This document shows, piece after piece, positions 16,630 to 26,450 of a stretch of 28,179 nt of DNA. Source of the DNA: a virus (Duplodnaviria; Caudoviricetes). The notes beneath the pieces were generated by a model. The model was not told the DNA's origin. It did no database searches and saw nothing but the letters and a program-made list of their open reading frames with translations. The position numbers were made by a program, and so were the translations under genes. The stretch lies in the IMG/VR virus record IMGVR_UViG_3300033067_000021, positions 1-28,179 of that record. One strand, 5' to 3'. Position 1 is the stretch's first letter. The number at the start of each line of letters is the position of its first letter.

Positions 16630-16935
16630 TTACGCTGCGTCCCGTTCCTTTACTCCGGCCTTACCCCGCGAGTTCTTAAGAACAACAGCGTCGTTCATGT
16701 CCCACATCTTGTTAAGGTAATTTCGGATCTCATCTTCGAGCATACGACGAGAAGTCCACGAACCCGCAAGCTCATCCGGAATCTTCACTCGTCCATCCTT
16801 GCACGCACACTTCATCAGGTGTGTGCCCGGCGGATGTTCAATGTAGAACTTATGGCCCATCGGGTTAAGACCGCCCTCCACTGCACGTTCCCGAGTGAGG
16901 ATACCCTCAACCACGTCCATATTACTTTCGTCCAT
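16630..16935 (-). CDS. Small conserved protein between tail adaptor and nozzle
   Basis: Start is ATG 16935 or ATG 16920; the track's 5' extension overlaps the adaptor gene. Contains GRVKIPDELAGSWTS. Tightly packed between neighbours. Confidence 0.65.
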   Translation of the reverse strand: MDESNMDVVEGILTRERAVEGGLNPMGHKFYIEHPPGTHLMKCACKDGRVKIPDELAGSWTSRRMLEDEIRNYLNKMWDMNDAVVLKNSRGKAGVKERDAA

Positions 16936-17677
16936 AGTCTGGTCCACTATATGTATCTCGCTTTGTCCGCCACTTGTTACGCATAGCCCGAACGCGGAGG
17001 CGGTTTTCCCTACGTTCAGCCTTGGGATTAGAGCTTTGCTTTTGCATGACAAAGGCGTTAGCCATCGCCGTATTGTAAAGCAAAGGAAAGAGATTCTCCG
17101 GAAGATCCGGTACAAACGTATCCGACATTGTAAAGGGACGATTCATGTACCCTTCACAGATAGTCTTGGATGCTTGGAGTGTTGAATCTAGAGTTGATAG
17201 GTACGAGTCGAACCAGATGTATTCGTCGTCAAATGCAGTCCAAAATGACGGAGCGCCAATCTTTGAGACAACCAATGATACGCTGGTTGATGGAGTGGTG
17301 ACAAGCGTGTTGGTTGTGTCTGTAGAATCGCGCGCATTGCACAGATCCACAAATTCGTATGGGTCAAGATAGGTGATGGGCGTATATGCCTTGGGATCTC
17401 CAGCATCAATTCGTACATCGTACTTGATGGATAGGATTTTAGCGACATTGCTTGGCAACTTCATGGTCGTGGGCTTGGCTGTATCCGCCAAACCTTCCAA
17501 TGCAAAGACATCACGGGTTGACGGAAGATCCATCTCTGTGACAAGATCATAGAAACAATCTCGGATGATCCCGGCTACCTGAGTAGCCTCAACGGTATCT
17601 CCGATAGAGTTTACCTCATCCCCATCAAGCTTTTCGAGGATGCCTTGAGTCATATCAAGTAGGGTACGGGTAGGCAT
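16922..17677 (-). CDS. Tail adaptor / tail tubular protein A (251 aa)
   Basis: TLLDMTQGILEKLDGDEVNSIGDTVEATQVA N-terminus, PSFWTAFDDEYIWFDSY, FVPDLPENLFP, C-terminal PDYGRK. Typical size and position. Confidence 0.85.
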   Translation of the reverse strand: MPTRTLLDMTQGILEKLDGDEVNSIGDTVEATQVAGIIRDCFYDLVTEMDLPSTRDVFALEGLADTAKPTTMKLPSNVAKILSIKYDVRIDAGDPKAYTPITYLDPYEFVDLCNARDSTDTTNTLVTTPSTSVSLVVSKIGAPSFWTAFDDEYIWFDSYLSTLDSTLQASKTICEGYMNRPFTMSDTFVPDLPENLFPLLYNTAMANAFVMQKQSSNPKAERRENRLRVRAMRNKWRTKRDTYSGPDYGRK

Positions 17678-17678
17678 A

Positions 17679-19730
17679 TTAGACGCTCACTACGCTAGTA
17701 ACAGCTTTCCAAGATACGTTGACACCAGCCGCTCCAGTCACAGCCACTTGCGCACTGTTGCTCGATACCTTGACGATTCCATCCCATGCCGCATTAGATT
17801 CAATCGTACTAATATTGGTTACACTTCCTTGGAGAGTAGCGCCACCCCCTGCATCACGATAAATCAGCGCATGTTGAAGGTAAGCGGCTCTGTTTGTAGT
17901 GGCAGAATCTTTGCCCACAATTTGGGTGTTGATCGACCACGCAGACTCATCCGGCAAGGCAAGTGTAAGGATCGAAGTCTGAGTAGCATCCGACGTAGAC
18001 ACGGTAGACGTATGTCGAATGTTTGTAGAGACCGGCAGGGTACCACCAATTGGTGCTGTAGAGGCCACATCAAAGTCGTTGTCAAAGATCTCAAGCAAAC
18101 TCACGGAACCCGCGCCACCAGAGTTAAGGAATCCACGGGCACCCGACAACAGGGTGTTACCCTTAACCTTACAACCCGCCAAGGTTGAAGGTGTGTTCAT
18201 ATCCACAAGGGCTTGTGAACATCCAGAGCCTACATTGCCAATAATCTCCACATCCTGTAGAGTTCCTGTAGCGGCAGAGGCTACACGTACCCCTGTGCCT
18301 ACGTTAACTAGGGTGTTGTGTACCACCTTAATTCCCGTACCGCTAGTGGCGATATAAACTCCGATACGAGAGGCAGCAGTACCGGAACGCACAATATTGT
18401 GGTCTACGGTAACGTTGCTAGAACCTGCGGATTCATCAACAACGATACCGAGTAGTCCTGCATCTTCAACAAAGTTATGGTGGATCAACACGTCGTCAGT
18501 CTGGGCACGGATACCATTGCCATCAGTGCCCCCAGTCCCAATACTGAGCACTTGGTTATCCGAACAAACAACACTGAAGCCTTGCGGGCCAGAGGTAACA
18601 CCTCGTCCAGCACCCTTAACATTAATGCCAACGATGTCTGTGCTTGACGTACTGTCAACGCTACGAACAAGGTTGCTCTTAATTACGCCATAGCGTACCT
18701 TAGTGTAGATGCCCCATGCTTCACCGGAAGCAGCGGTAACCGTATCTACTATGTTGCTTTCAATCTGTACCTCACGTCCGTACACCAGAATCGCAACCGC
18801 AGAGGTTGTGCTAGACGCGGTTGTGTCTTTAATCTTGTTGTTCTTGATAGAACCTTTGAGCCACGTATCTTGAGAAGCATAAGTATTCTCACCAATACGA
18901 ATGACGTAACCACCTGTGTTGGAGTAGAACCTATTATCGTGAATCCAATACTGGGCAATTGGAATTTCAATGTTGACAGCTTCGGCTGTGCATCCCGTGA
19001 CCACGTTATCCGAGAAACGGAAACGTGTGATACTACCCGAGTCTGTTGACTGGCGGTCTAGTACGTTAGACCAACGATCAAAGGTGATATTACGGATGTC
19101 AACCGTACTACCACCCGGAGAAAGGAACCGGGTTGTCGAAACTGGTCCCTTGATGGTCAAGCCCGGGGCATTGAGGCGGACACTATTTGTGGTATCCACA
19201 GTAGTGAAAGATGTACACAAAGCGGTACCCGCTCCAGAGCACGTACCGACAGCACCCGCTTGGCTAGATGCTAACACCCAGTTGCGGATAGCAGCACCAT
19301 CATTGGTAGCCCCATCAAGTACCGCACCGTATCGCATAAGATCATACGGAGGGTACTTGTAGTAGGTCGGGGTGACACCCGCCGCGCTTTCCGCAGAGGT
19401 TTGGTCATAAAAATTCTTCCACCCCAGTGTAGACCCATCCGTTCCTAAGAACTTTTGGGAGTTACCTGTGAGAGCCGGAACAGCCGTGCCCGTAAGCTCT
19501 ACCGAGTCTGTGACATCAACCCATCGAGCCGCATCCGTGGCGGCCGAAGGGGCGTCAAGATTGATGATCTTATGGGAGTTCATATCGAGATTCGCTTCCA
19601 TCTCGTTAGGCGTAGTGCCATCCCGAGAAAGCGTATTCTCGACAGCTGTTTCAATCAGCGTGTTGTTAGCGTTGAAAGCGGTGGCTGTGTTATAGCCAGC
19701 CGCCATATCATTGAGTGTAAGCTTTGCCAT
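17679..19730 (-). CDS. Tailspike with right-handed beta-helix (putative depolymerase, 683 aa)
   Basis: ATG 19730 (MAKLTL). Virion-anchoring N-terminus ENTLSRDGTTPNEMEANLDMNSHKIINL, then YGAVLDGATNDGAAI (pectate-lyase-3-type start), many I-x-x-N beta-helix rungs, and a beta-sandwich-like C-terminus. Confidence 0.85.
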   Translation of the reverse strand: MAKLTLNDMAAGYNTATAFNANNTLIETAVENTLSRDGTTPNEMEANLDMNSHKIINLDAPSAATDAARWVDVTDSVELTGTAVPALTGNSQKFLGTDGSTLGWKNFYDQTSAESAAGVTPTYYKYPPYDLMRYGAVLDGATNDGAAIRNWVLASSQAGAVGTCSGAGTALCTSFTTVDTTNSVRLNAPGLTIKGPVSTTRFLSPGGSTVDIRNITFDRWSNVLDRQSTDSGSITRFRFSDNVVTGCTAEAVNIEIPIAQYWIHDNRFYSNTGGYVIRIGENTYASQDTWLKGSIKNNKIKDTTASSTTSAVAILVYGREVQIESNIVDTVTAASGEAWGIYTKVRYGVIKSNLVRSVDSTSSTDIVGINVKGAGRGVTSGPQGFSVVCSDNQVLSIGTGGTDGNGIRAQTDDVLIHHNFVEDAGLLGIVVDESAGSSNVTVDHNIVRSGTAASRIGVYIATSGTGIKVVHNTLVNVGTGVRVASAATGTLQDVEIIGNVGSGCSQALVDMNTPSTLAGCKVKGNTLLSGARGFLNSGGAGSVSLLEIFDNDFDVASTAPIGGTLPVSTNIRHTSTVSTSDATQTSILTLALPDESAWSINTQIVGKDSATTNRAAYLQHALIYRDAGGGATLQGSVTNISTIESNAAWDGIVKVSSNSAQVAVTGAAGVNVSWKAVTSVVSV

Positions 19731-19734
19731 AGTC

Positions 19735-19953
19735 TTAGTTACCCACTCCCGGTAGGTTATTCTTTCCCGCAAGCCACAGGGCTAGGCCCACAATCACGGC
19801 TCCGACTAGCCACGCCAGTTTCTTAAGAACGTTCTTACCCACTTCGGCATAGACAATCTCAAGGGCACGCTCCGCTGCACGCTCCGCAATGTGGTCAATC
19901 TGTTCCTCAGTAAGCGTGACTATGGACTCTTTGTGTTCTTGAGATCCGTCCAT
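19735..19953 (-). CDS. Small membrane protein (72 aa, one C-terminal TM), possibly holin-like
   Basis: Helical EEQIDHIAERAAERALE followed by the TM segment LAWLVGAVIVGLALWLAG. Fits the operon without overlap. Confidence 0.7.
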   Translation of the reverse strand: MDGSQEHKESIVTLTEEQIDHIAERAAERALEIVYAEVGKNVLKKLAWLVGAVIVGLALWLAGKNNLPGVGN

Positions 19954-19958
19954 CTTGA

Positions 19959-20363
19959 TTACTTCTTTTTCTTTCGCACAGTGGCACCAGCAAGTTGTCC
20001 TGCCTTGGCATACGTAGGGTGTGTGTTATACGGATCGAAGCCCTTGCTACGTCCGATGTTGTATGTAGCGTCAAGACGCTTAGAACGGAGGGACTTGCCT
20101 CCGACATTCATACGTGCGGAAGTTCCTGTTCCCTTTTGTGCCCACGTGCGTACAGCAGCTACCTTTGCGCCGGAGGAATTGTAAGGATTGTAACCTTCCT
20201 CTAGACCAAAGCCTTTACTTCCATACCATGACTGTTGACTCATAGTAACCTTAGCAGTATTCTGAATTGATGCTTGGTGGCCTACTGTCTTCATAGCCAT
20301 CTTCATCTTGGCCGCAGCTTTGGCAGCTTTAACTGCTTTGACGGCTTGCATTGGATTAGGCAT
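19959..20363 (-). CDS. Basic Lys/Ala-rich hypothetical protein (134 aa)
   Basis: AAGG RBS. Fills the gap after the capsid-region hairpin. Very few acidic residues; ends in RKKKK. Confidence 0.65.
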   Translation of the reverse strand: MPNPMQAVKAVKAAKAAAKMKMAMKTVGHQASIQNTAKVTMSQQSWYGSKGFGLEEGYNPYNSSGAKVAAVRTWAQKGTGTSARMNVGGKSLRSKRLDATYNIGRSKGFDPYNTHPTYAKAGQLAGATVRKKKK

Positions 20364-20383
20364 TATAGTTTACCTTTTGTTAT

Positions 20384-20417
20384 CGGATCGGGGGAGAGAA
20401 ACCCCTCCCCCTTTCCG
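20384..20417 (-). terminator. GC-rich hairpin downstream of the capsid and decoration genes
   Basis: - strand GGGGGAGGG-GTTT-CTCTCCCCC, extended by CGGA/TCCG. There is no U-tract on the - strand, so it may be a leaky terminator or an mRNA-stabilising stem. Confidence 0.55.
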
Positions 20418-20433
20418 TTATCGTATGTGGGGA

Positions 20434-20979
20434 TTAGACCACGAACTTGATGTAAACATCGAGGGCACCAGCTGTATAAGCCGCCGTCACATAGGTCGGA
20501 GCGACTGTAACAGGGTTAGCACCCACCGTTGTCTTACCAAGCTGCGCTGCACCAGCAGCAATTGCATACGTACGTGTCTCACCCGCAGTGTCGAAATCGG
20601 CAAGAGCCGCATCGCCAGCCGCCAGAAGACCGTCCGCATCAACCGCAACCAGCAGACCCGTTGTGGACGAAATGGTGTACGTACCGATCAGAAGATCGGC
20701 CGCACCACCTGACGTACAACCCGTCTTGGTAACAATCTTGACTTCCGTCACAATTGCACCACCCGGAATCATCGCCGCATTCATCCAGTTCTGAGCCTGA
20801 TAGATACCCGTACCAGTCGTCGCATCTGTACCGAGCGAAGCCATCGCCGGGATCGGCAGGTGCATAACCCGCTCCGAACCCGCGTCGCTGATAATCGCCG
20901 GGCTATACTGCGTCGAAGTCTGGGTACCAAACCCCACAACGAGGCCATCAGAGTTGACCCATGAGCTATTCTTAGGCAT
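20434..20979 (-). CDS. Putative minor capsid / head decoration protein (181 aa)
   Basis: Directly after the major capsid gene with a strong GAGGAG RBS. WVNSDGLVVGFG N-terminus, IPGGAIV, beta-rich; capsid-like codon usage. Confidence 0.7.
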   Translation of the reverse strand: MPKNSSWVNSDGLVVGFGTQTSTQYSPAIISDAGSERVMHLPIPAMASLGTDATTGTGIYQAQNWMNAAMIPGGAIVTEVKIVTKTGCTSGGAADLLIGTYTISSTTGLLVAVDADGLLAAGDAALADFDTAGETRTYAIAAGAAQLGKTTVGANPVTVAPTYVTAAYTAGALDVYIKFVV

Positions 20980-21004
20980 GAGTTATTTACTCCTCGTTGT
21001 TAGA

Positions 21005-21964
21005 TTAGGACACAACATCGGTGTCAGTCAGGACAACCACGAGGTTCTCCGGACGAAACACCTTCAGACCATAGCGCGCAGTAGTGAGATACTCCTCACG
21101 CTGGAAGTCCTTGTTGTACTCCGTATCCACTTCCGGCATCTGACGCCACGCACCGAGGAACGGCACGAGGTCCGGGGTAGCACTGAAGAAGATGTTGGCA
21201 ACGCCAGCAGCCGTAGTCAGGCCACCGATGGTCTCGTTCTGAGACTTCGGCAGATAGTTAGAAGTGTACACATCGAACCCGTAAATGTTCTTGACGAACT
21301 TACGGCCACTCGCAATACCCGACGTAATGACGCCTTCCCACATGGGGTTGTTCGACACGTTCGTAAGGTTCGTGATTGTGTTGATCGAATACTCAACCGA
21401 CGGATCGACAATCGCCACGAGGTTCTGATCCGGCACATTGGCCTTCTTCAGAGAGTGACGCGCACGCGCAAAGTCAGCGACTCCAATCGCCTCACTAGTA
21501 CCCGTACCAACAAAGCGGTGAGCCGCACCGTTGATCGAGTTCGTCGCACTGCCTGTCTGCCCACCCGAGGCACCCGCCGCCGCAAGGGCGAAGATGTCGG
21601 TCTCAAGCTTCTCGGCAATCGCACGTGCCTGCTTCGGCACGAAGCTCGACACAAGCTCGTTCATATAGAACATGTCTTGCATCGCCTTCTTCGTGATGTA
21701 AGTCGCAGACGAGACGTACTCAGTGATGGTGAACGTAAAGTTGCCGGTATCCAGAGCATCGTACACAATCGGAGTATTCTCCGCATAGTTACGAACACTC
21801 AGTTCTCCAATCGACGGGATATTGAAAGTATCACCGTCCGGAAAATCCGTCAACCAACGAACCCACGCCTGAGCCATAAGCTCGTCCTGCAACACTTCCT
21901 TCAGCTGAGCCGCCCAAAGATTGGCACGACGCAGGGCTGAAGTATTTGCTGTTGTAATGGACAT
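21005..21964 (-). CDS. Major capsid protein (319 aa)
   Basis: LRRANLWAAQLKEVL, DFPDGDTFNIPSIG, IYGFDVYTSNYL, ARYGLKVFRPENL. AGGGAG RBS. Follows the scaffold gene. Confidence 0.93.
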   Translation of the reverse strand: MSITTANTSALRRANLWAAQLKEVLQDELMAQAWVRWLTDFPDGDTFNIPSIGELSVRNYAENTPIVYDALDTGNFTFTITEYVSSATYITKKAMQDMFYMNELVSSFVPKQARAIAEKLETDIFALAAAGASGGQTGSATNSINGAAHRFVGTGTSEAIGVADFARARHSLKKANVPDQNLVAIVDPSVEYSINTITNLTNVSNNPMWEGVITSGIASGRKFVKNIYGFDVYTSNYLPKSQNETIGGLTTAAGVANIFFSATPDLVPFLGAWRQMPEVDTEYNKDFQREEYLTTARYGLKVFRPENLVVVLTDTDVVS

Positions 21965-22003
21965 TACTTTAGCTCCCTTATAGAGTTGTGGTTATAGATC
22001 AAG

Positions 22004-22771
22004 TTATGAGAAGAACGAATCGCCTTGGGCTTGCATGTCCTTGTGCATTTGGAGTTGAAGTGCCCGGTCAAGGACAAACTTACGAACTCCCATCTCAGTC
22101 TTCAACTTGTCGTAGTAAGACTGGTTACGCACGTCGGACTTGGCACCATTACCGGCATTGGCGTCCGCATTGTGCGAACCCTTACCGGCAAAGGAACCTT
22201 GCTTTGTACCCGCAGACTCTTGCGTTACTTCAATTCCAAGCATCGCAAAGAACGCATCAGGGCTTGTCCGGGCAACGCTCTTAAGAACATCTCCCGTAAC
22301 TCCCTTTTGCTTAGCACGGGCTGCCACTTCCACAACCGCCTTATCTCCAAACATCTCCGCAAGGATCTGGTTGGTACGGTTTTGGTTGGTGGTTTCCCGT
22401 TCGTCCTTTGAATACTCTCTTACGGCTTCATAGACGGCGCTCTTATCGAACGTGGCTCCGGGCTGTCCGTTTGCCTTGTTCGGTGTTGAGCTTTGGTTTA
22501 CCGGCTCTTCTTTCGCACGTTTTGCCACAAGCCTAGCTTCAATGGCCTGCTCGTCTTCTTGTTTGGTCAACTCTTTAAGAAGATCTCGAAGAGTTTGATT
22601 CTCTCCTTTGATCTTATCAATGAACGAGTCAGCCTCAATTCGCGACTTCGCAAGGTCATCTACTGTCTTGTACTTGCGGCCCTCACCTACCAATGTCGCA
22701 AGAATGTCGTTCCCGCTTCCATTAGCAACTGAGCCAATCACATCACTTCCGGTTGTGGTCTCACCGGGCAT
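22004..22771 (-). CDS. Capsid scaffolding protein (255 aa)
   Basis: LVGEGRKYKTVDDLAKS...ADSFIDKIKGEN, charged and helical, ARTSPDAF. Lies between portal and capsid genes. GAGGAG RBS. Confidence 0.8.
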   Translation of the reverse strand: MPGETTTGSDVIGSVANGSGNDILATLVGEGRKYKTVDDLAKSRIEADSFIDKIKGENQTLRDLLKELTKQEDEQAIEARLVAKRAKEEPVNQSSTPNKANGQPGATFDKSAVYEAVREYSKDERETTNQNRTNQILAEMFGDKAVVEVAARAKQKGVTGDVLKSVARTSPDAFFAMLGIEVTQESAGTKQGSFAGKGSHNADANAGNGAKSDVRNQSYYDKLKTEMGVRKFVLDRALQLQMHKDMQAQGDSFFS

Positions 22772-22777
22772 AGTCTC

Positions 22778-23125
22778 TTACTCCTCTGTGGTCAAGTGTG
22801 GTAGAATGGTCCAAATGGTCTCGACCTCTTCTAGTTGTCCGTTTCGGTGGGCTTGTTCGGCAAGCCAGCTACCGCTTCCATAATCCCGTCGAGACACTTT
22901 ACCCAAGCTTGAGTAACGTCCCTCAAGTATTCCTCGTAGCTCATCAAACAACCAAAGGCAATGCCGAAGGGACTCGGCCTTTCGCTTTCGATCTTCGTCT
23001 GACTTACATTCTCGGAACCAAAGTTCATGGGCTACTAGTTCTCCGGGCTTAAGGGGTTTGTCTTGTTCTTGGGGCTTACGCCGGAGGCGCTTGGGTCTGG
23101 TCAGCTTCAACTTCGGTTGGTCCAC
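22778..23125 (-). CDS. Small protein between portal and scaffold
   Basis: Contains DYGSGSWLAEQAHRNG, resembling the DY-x3-W-x3-QA-x2-NG motif of genes at this position in related podoviruses. Start uncertain; it overlaps the portal 3' end. Confidence 0.65.
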   Translation of the reverse strand: MDQPKLKLTRPKRLRRKPQEQDKPLKPGELVAHELWFRECKSDEDRKRKAESLRHCLWLFDELRGILEGRYSSLGKVSRRDYGSGSWLAEQAHRNGQLEEVETIWTILPHLTTEE

Positions 23126-24887
23126 CGGGTTGCTCCAATGAGTCTGTAGGTGTCATGGCATTAACTTGCAACTCTTGCGCTGCAATCTGTGTCATGTTCT
23201 GAGTTTCCATTTGTTCCGCAACACGAATGTTGCGCTGTACCACATTGTACTGGCTAAGCCCGAGGTTATCCTCAAGCAGCTTAGCAATCTTGAATCCAGA
23301 GAAATGTACGGACACGGTAGGATCTTGGTAGGCCCCTGTGCCCGACAAAGTTGTTAGGTTTTGAACCAAAAGATTCTGCATAGCAAAGTGTCGCGCGCCC
23401 ATTGGGACAACGCGACCACGAGACTTAAGGACTTGTGGAGTAATCGTGATAAACTCCACAACACCAATATCGTCATCAATAACCCGAATAAGGTCAGCCG
23501 AATCCACATTCCGGCGAGCCGTTTCAAGCATCGCATTAAGAAGCGGCTCAATAAAGTGCTTCTCAAAATAAGACACTTTGCTTTGGAAGATACGGCCGGC
23601 GGCATTGTCCAAGCTTTGAACTTCAAAGGCAGTCTTCTCACCGGGGGTACGGATACCCATAGCGTTCTTAGGAGCGCCCGCCATCTCTTCCATCTCCGAC
23701 TCAAGACGGTCAATCTGGAAGTCCGCATTCAGAGCCGTAGTGTCCGGACGTACGAATTCGACATCGGCATCTTGCTCCATATAGATGCGCTCACCCGGAC
23801 CATATTCCCATTCCTCAACGTAACCTGTGATCTTCGCGAGAGGGTGGGCAATCTGGTCGAACACGTCAGCTTTGAGGTTTTCAAGGTGGTCTATCCTGTA
23901 TTGCATTCCTACCAGATTATCGAGCGGTCCCATCGCCATGAGGTTGTCGGGGCGGAATCTCCATCCAACGTGGCGCTTAGTAGAAGTGCCAAACCAATTC
24001 TCAATCGGTCCCTGGTGTACCACATACGCGCGGTCAACCACGACGATGTAATGGTCGGGATAAAGTGAGTTTGTGGCTTTGTCATAAAGGTCACCTTCAA
24101 ACTCTAGGATCTCCACCATACCGCAACTGTAGTAGTCACTGAGGGAACCAAAGCCATCCGCTACAAAACCACTGAACTTGCGGTGGTCGGAGTTGCGTAA
24201 TGAAAGAACGTGGTCTCGGTTAGCTTGGATTTTAGAAAGCATCTCCGGACCGAATACGGCCCACTTAGGGTCTGTCCCGACCCGCTTGATGATATCCCCC
24301 ATAGAAACGAGTGTCCGCGTAATCTTAGGTGTGGACGAGAATGAGGGGGCAGTAAGGTCGAACACGATGTCAAACGGGGAGATTCGTACAAGCCTCGGAC
24401 CCACGAACCCATCATACTGGAGTCCATTGATGTTCTTGCGTTCATCTACATACTCCACGTCTGCAAAGGCATTTCCATAATCAATGAAGTCGAAAAGAAG
24501 GCGGGAGACGGTCTCTTCAAAACCAGACTCCCGCAACTTAGAACCCATGTAAGCAACGATGGCCTTAGACTTATCTTTGTTAGTGGCCGCTTCATCACGG
24601 GCTTCCCACCGGAACCAGTTATCATTCGGGAACAAAGCCGCCATATAATTGGCGTGCAAGTTATCCCTGATCTGACAGAGCTTGGGACGTGTCGTCTTAT
24701 TCTTCCACGGCAACGAGGCATTGGTTGTAGTTGTAGTATCAGTGGCGAATACGTAGTTACGAAGTTCGACCCACTCTTGTTCTTTCTTATCGCGAGCCGA
24801 TCTCCACACACGGTCTTTCTCTGCGATGGCTACGGCCAAGGCATCCGGTTGAAGATACTCGTAGATGTCTAATGTTCTTCCGGACAT
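23076..24887 (-). CDS. Portal (head-tail connector) protein (603 aa)
   Basis: LPWKNKTTRPKLCQIRDNLHANY, DFIDYGNAF, RISPFDIVFD, MGPLDNLVGMQYRIDHLENLK, MGIRTPGEKTAFEVQ. Immediately after TerL. Confidence 0.92.
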   Translation of the reverse strand: MSGRTLDIYEYLQPDALAVAIAEKDRVWRSARDKKEQEWVELRNYVFATDTTTTTNASLPWKNKTTRPKLCQIRDNLHANYMAALFPNDNWFRWEARDEAATNKDKSKAIVAYMGSKLRESGFEETVSRLLFDFIDYGNAFADVEYVDERKNINGLQYDGFVGPRLVRISPFDIVFDLTAPSFSSTPKITRTLVSMGDIIKRVGTDPKWAVFGPEMLSKIQANRDHVLSLRNSDHRKFSGFVADGFGSLSDYYSCGMVEILEFEGDLYDKATNSLYPDHYIVVVDRAYVVHQGPIENWFGTSTKRHVGWRFRPDNLMAMGPLDNLVGMQYRIDHLENLKADVFDQIAHPLAKITGYVEEWEYGPGERIYMEQDADVEFVRPDTTALNADFQIDRLESEMEEMAGAPKNAMGIRTPGEKTAFEVQSLDNAAGRIFQSKVSYFEKHFIEPLLNAMLETARRNVDSADLIRVIDDDIGVVEFITITPQVLKSRGRVVPMGARHFAMQNLLVQNLTTLSGTGAYQDPTVSVHFSGFKIAKLLEDNLGLSQYNVVQRNIRVAEQMETQNMTQIAAQELQVNAMTPTDSLEQPGGPTEVEADQTQAPPA

Positions 24888-24890
24888 AAA

Positions 24891-26450
24891 TTAAGCTGCT
24901 ACTCCTCCAAACCGGGAATGTCCGACTAGCTGTAGTCGGGGCTTCGTCCGCCGTGCACCTTGTAGCGGCGTGACTGCCACTGAGACTGCACTAGCAAAGG
25001 CATCTTTAATATCGTCATGTGCCGGCTTGGATGCAGTAAGTTCCTCTTCCAATAGCTGGCAGTTGCCTCCACGATAGTGCCACACCGAAAGGTTTTCGTA
25101 TCGAGGCTCAAGGCTCGCTGCCACTCGTTCTTCCTTAGACCCCTCATGCCGAGTCGGATAGTACTCGTCAATGGAAAGAGACAGACCCTCGGGCCTGATA
25201 TACTGGTTCTTAATTTCACGAACCACCGCCGCTTGAGCTTGAGTCATTTCACAACGGATCTTTCGGAAGTCCCACTTGGCGTGTAGAGCACGAATGTGTT
25301 CGTACATCTCCGAGATCTTGTCAGTCTTGAATCGGTCTATGTCAAGCACGTAGATGTGCCCGTCAGAGTCCACACCGGCCACCACGATACAAGAATAGTC
25401 TGCTCTAGATGAGACTGAGAAAGCGAAATCCATAGCGGCTGCCAAGTTAATGGGCTTGCCTTTGACGTGCCACTTGCCATCCGAGCGGGTAACCAACGAA
25501 CGTTCGTAATACTGGAAGCGTGTCGGATCAACACGGGAGTTCTCGTGACTGTTTGGGTTGTTGTAATACTGAGCAAAGAACTGTGTCTTGTCTAAGTATT
25601 GCGCTTTCTTTTTCGCAAGAATAGAGCTATTAAAGCCGAACCAAGAACCGTCCGCACGCTGTTGTCTCGGCCATAAAAATTCACCACGACCGTCACCAGC
25701 ATCTTCCACAACACGAACGAAAGCCTCATATACATAATCCGAACCAGTCTCTTCTCCCGACGTAGGGTCATATTCAATAACCTCCATGTCAAGGAGTTCC
25801 GAGTAAAGGTCACTTGGATGGTAGCGTGTTCCTACCACCCACTCTCTCGCATCCGCGCTTTCAATCGACGCAAGGAGCGAATATTGCGCTTTGACTTTTT
25901 CTCGTCCTTCTTCGGTGTACGCGTTTTCTTGTACGACGACATCATCCAGTACCGCTACGTTACAGTGCAGCCCCGTGAGGCTAGTTGTCAGGCCCCCCGT
26001 AAATACGGTGGGATCACGAACACCCTCAAGCTTTCGCTTCGGGTGGTCAACTGAGATCTCAGAGTTAGTCCACTTCTCACGCTTGCCCTCATCTGGAAGG
26101 ATCATGTCGGGCCAATAGCGCGTGTAGATCTTGTTAGTCAAGATATCCTTAATCATCTTCAGCTGCTTCTCTGCAAGGTTGGCAGTTGACGAGATATAAA
26201 GGATTGTAATAGCCGGGTTGCGTGTAATCTCCCACGCTACACGATACGCCATCATGGCCGACTTCTGATGGTCACGCGGCATCAGCACAAGCTGGTGTGA
26301 CTTAGAATCCATCTTAGTCCACCACATACAAAGATCTTCGTGGACTGCCCCAAGCACACGGTGTGGAGCAACCAACTTAATAAACTTGATAAGATCCGAT
26401 TCCGCCGCAAGGCGGATCATATCGTGGGCCGATGTTGCTTTACTTGACAA
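24891..26450 (-). CDS. terL: Terminase large subunit
   Basis: Walker A-like LMPRDHQKS, Walker B VLDDVV, coupling motif VGTRY, nuclease acidic residues AMDFAF, ADYS and HDDIKDA. TTG 26450 or ATG 26420 start. Confidence 0.95.
   Translation of the reverse strand: MSSKATSAHDMIRLAAESDLIKFIKLVAPHRVLGAVHEDLCMWWTKMDSKSHQLVLMPRDHQKSAMMAYRVAWEITRNPAITILYISSTANLAEKQLKMIKDILTNKIYTRYWPDMILPDEGKREKWTNSEISVDHPKRKLEGVRDPTVFTGGLTTSLTGLHCNVAVLDDVVVQENAYTEEGREKVKAQYSLLASIESADAREWVVGTRYHPSDLYSELLDMEVIEYDPTSGEETGSDYVYEAFVRVVEDAGDGRGEFLWPRQQRADGSWFGFNSSILAKKKAQYLDKTQFFAQYYNNPNSHENSRVDPTRFQYYERSLVTRSDGKWHVKGKPINLAAAMDFAFSVSSRADYSCIVVAGVDSDGHIYVLDIDRFKTDKISEMYEHIRALHAKWDFRKIRCEMTQAQAAVVREIKNQYIRPEGLSLSIDEYYPTRHEGSKEERVAASLEPRYENLSVWHYRGGNCQLLEEELTASKPAHDDIKDAFASAVSVAVTPLQGARRTKPRLQLVGHSRFGGVAA

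Noticed and set aside
20954-21940. 328-aa + strand ORF antisense to the major capsid gene
   Set aside because: Arg/His/Val-rich with no recognisable family and no RBS. Long antisense frames are expected from the strongly biased codon usage of the capsid gene.
23361-24068. 235-aa + strand ORF antisense to the portal gene
   Set aside because: Shadow frame of a conserved gene with no independent evidence.
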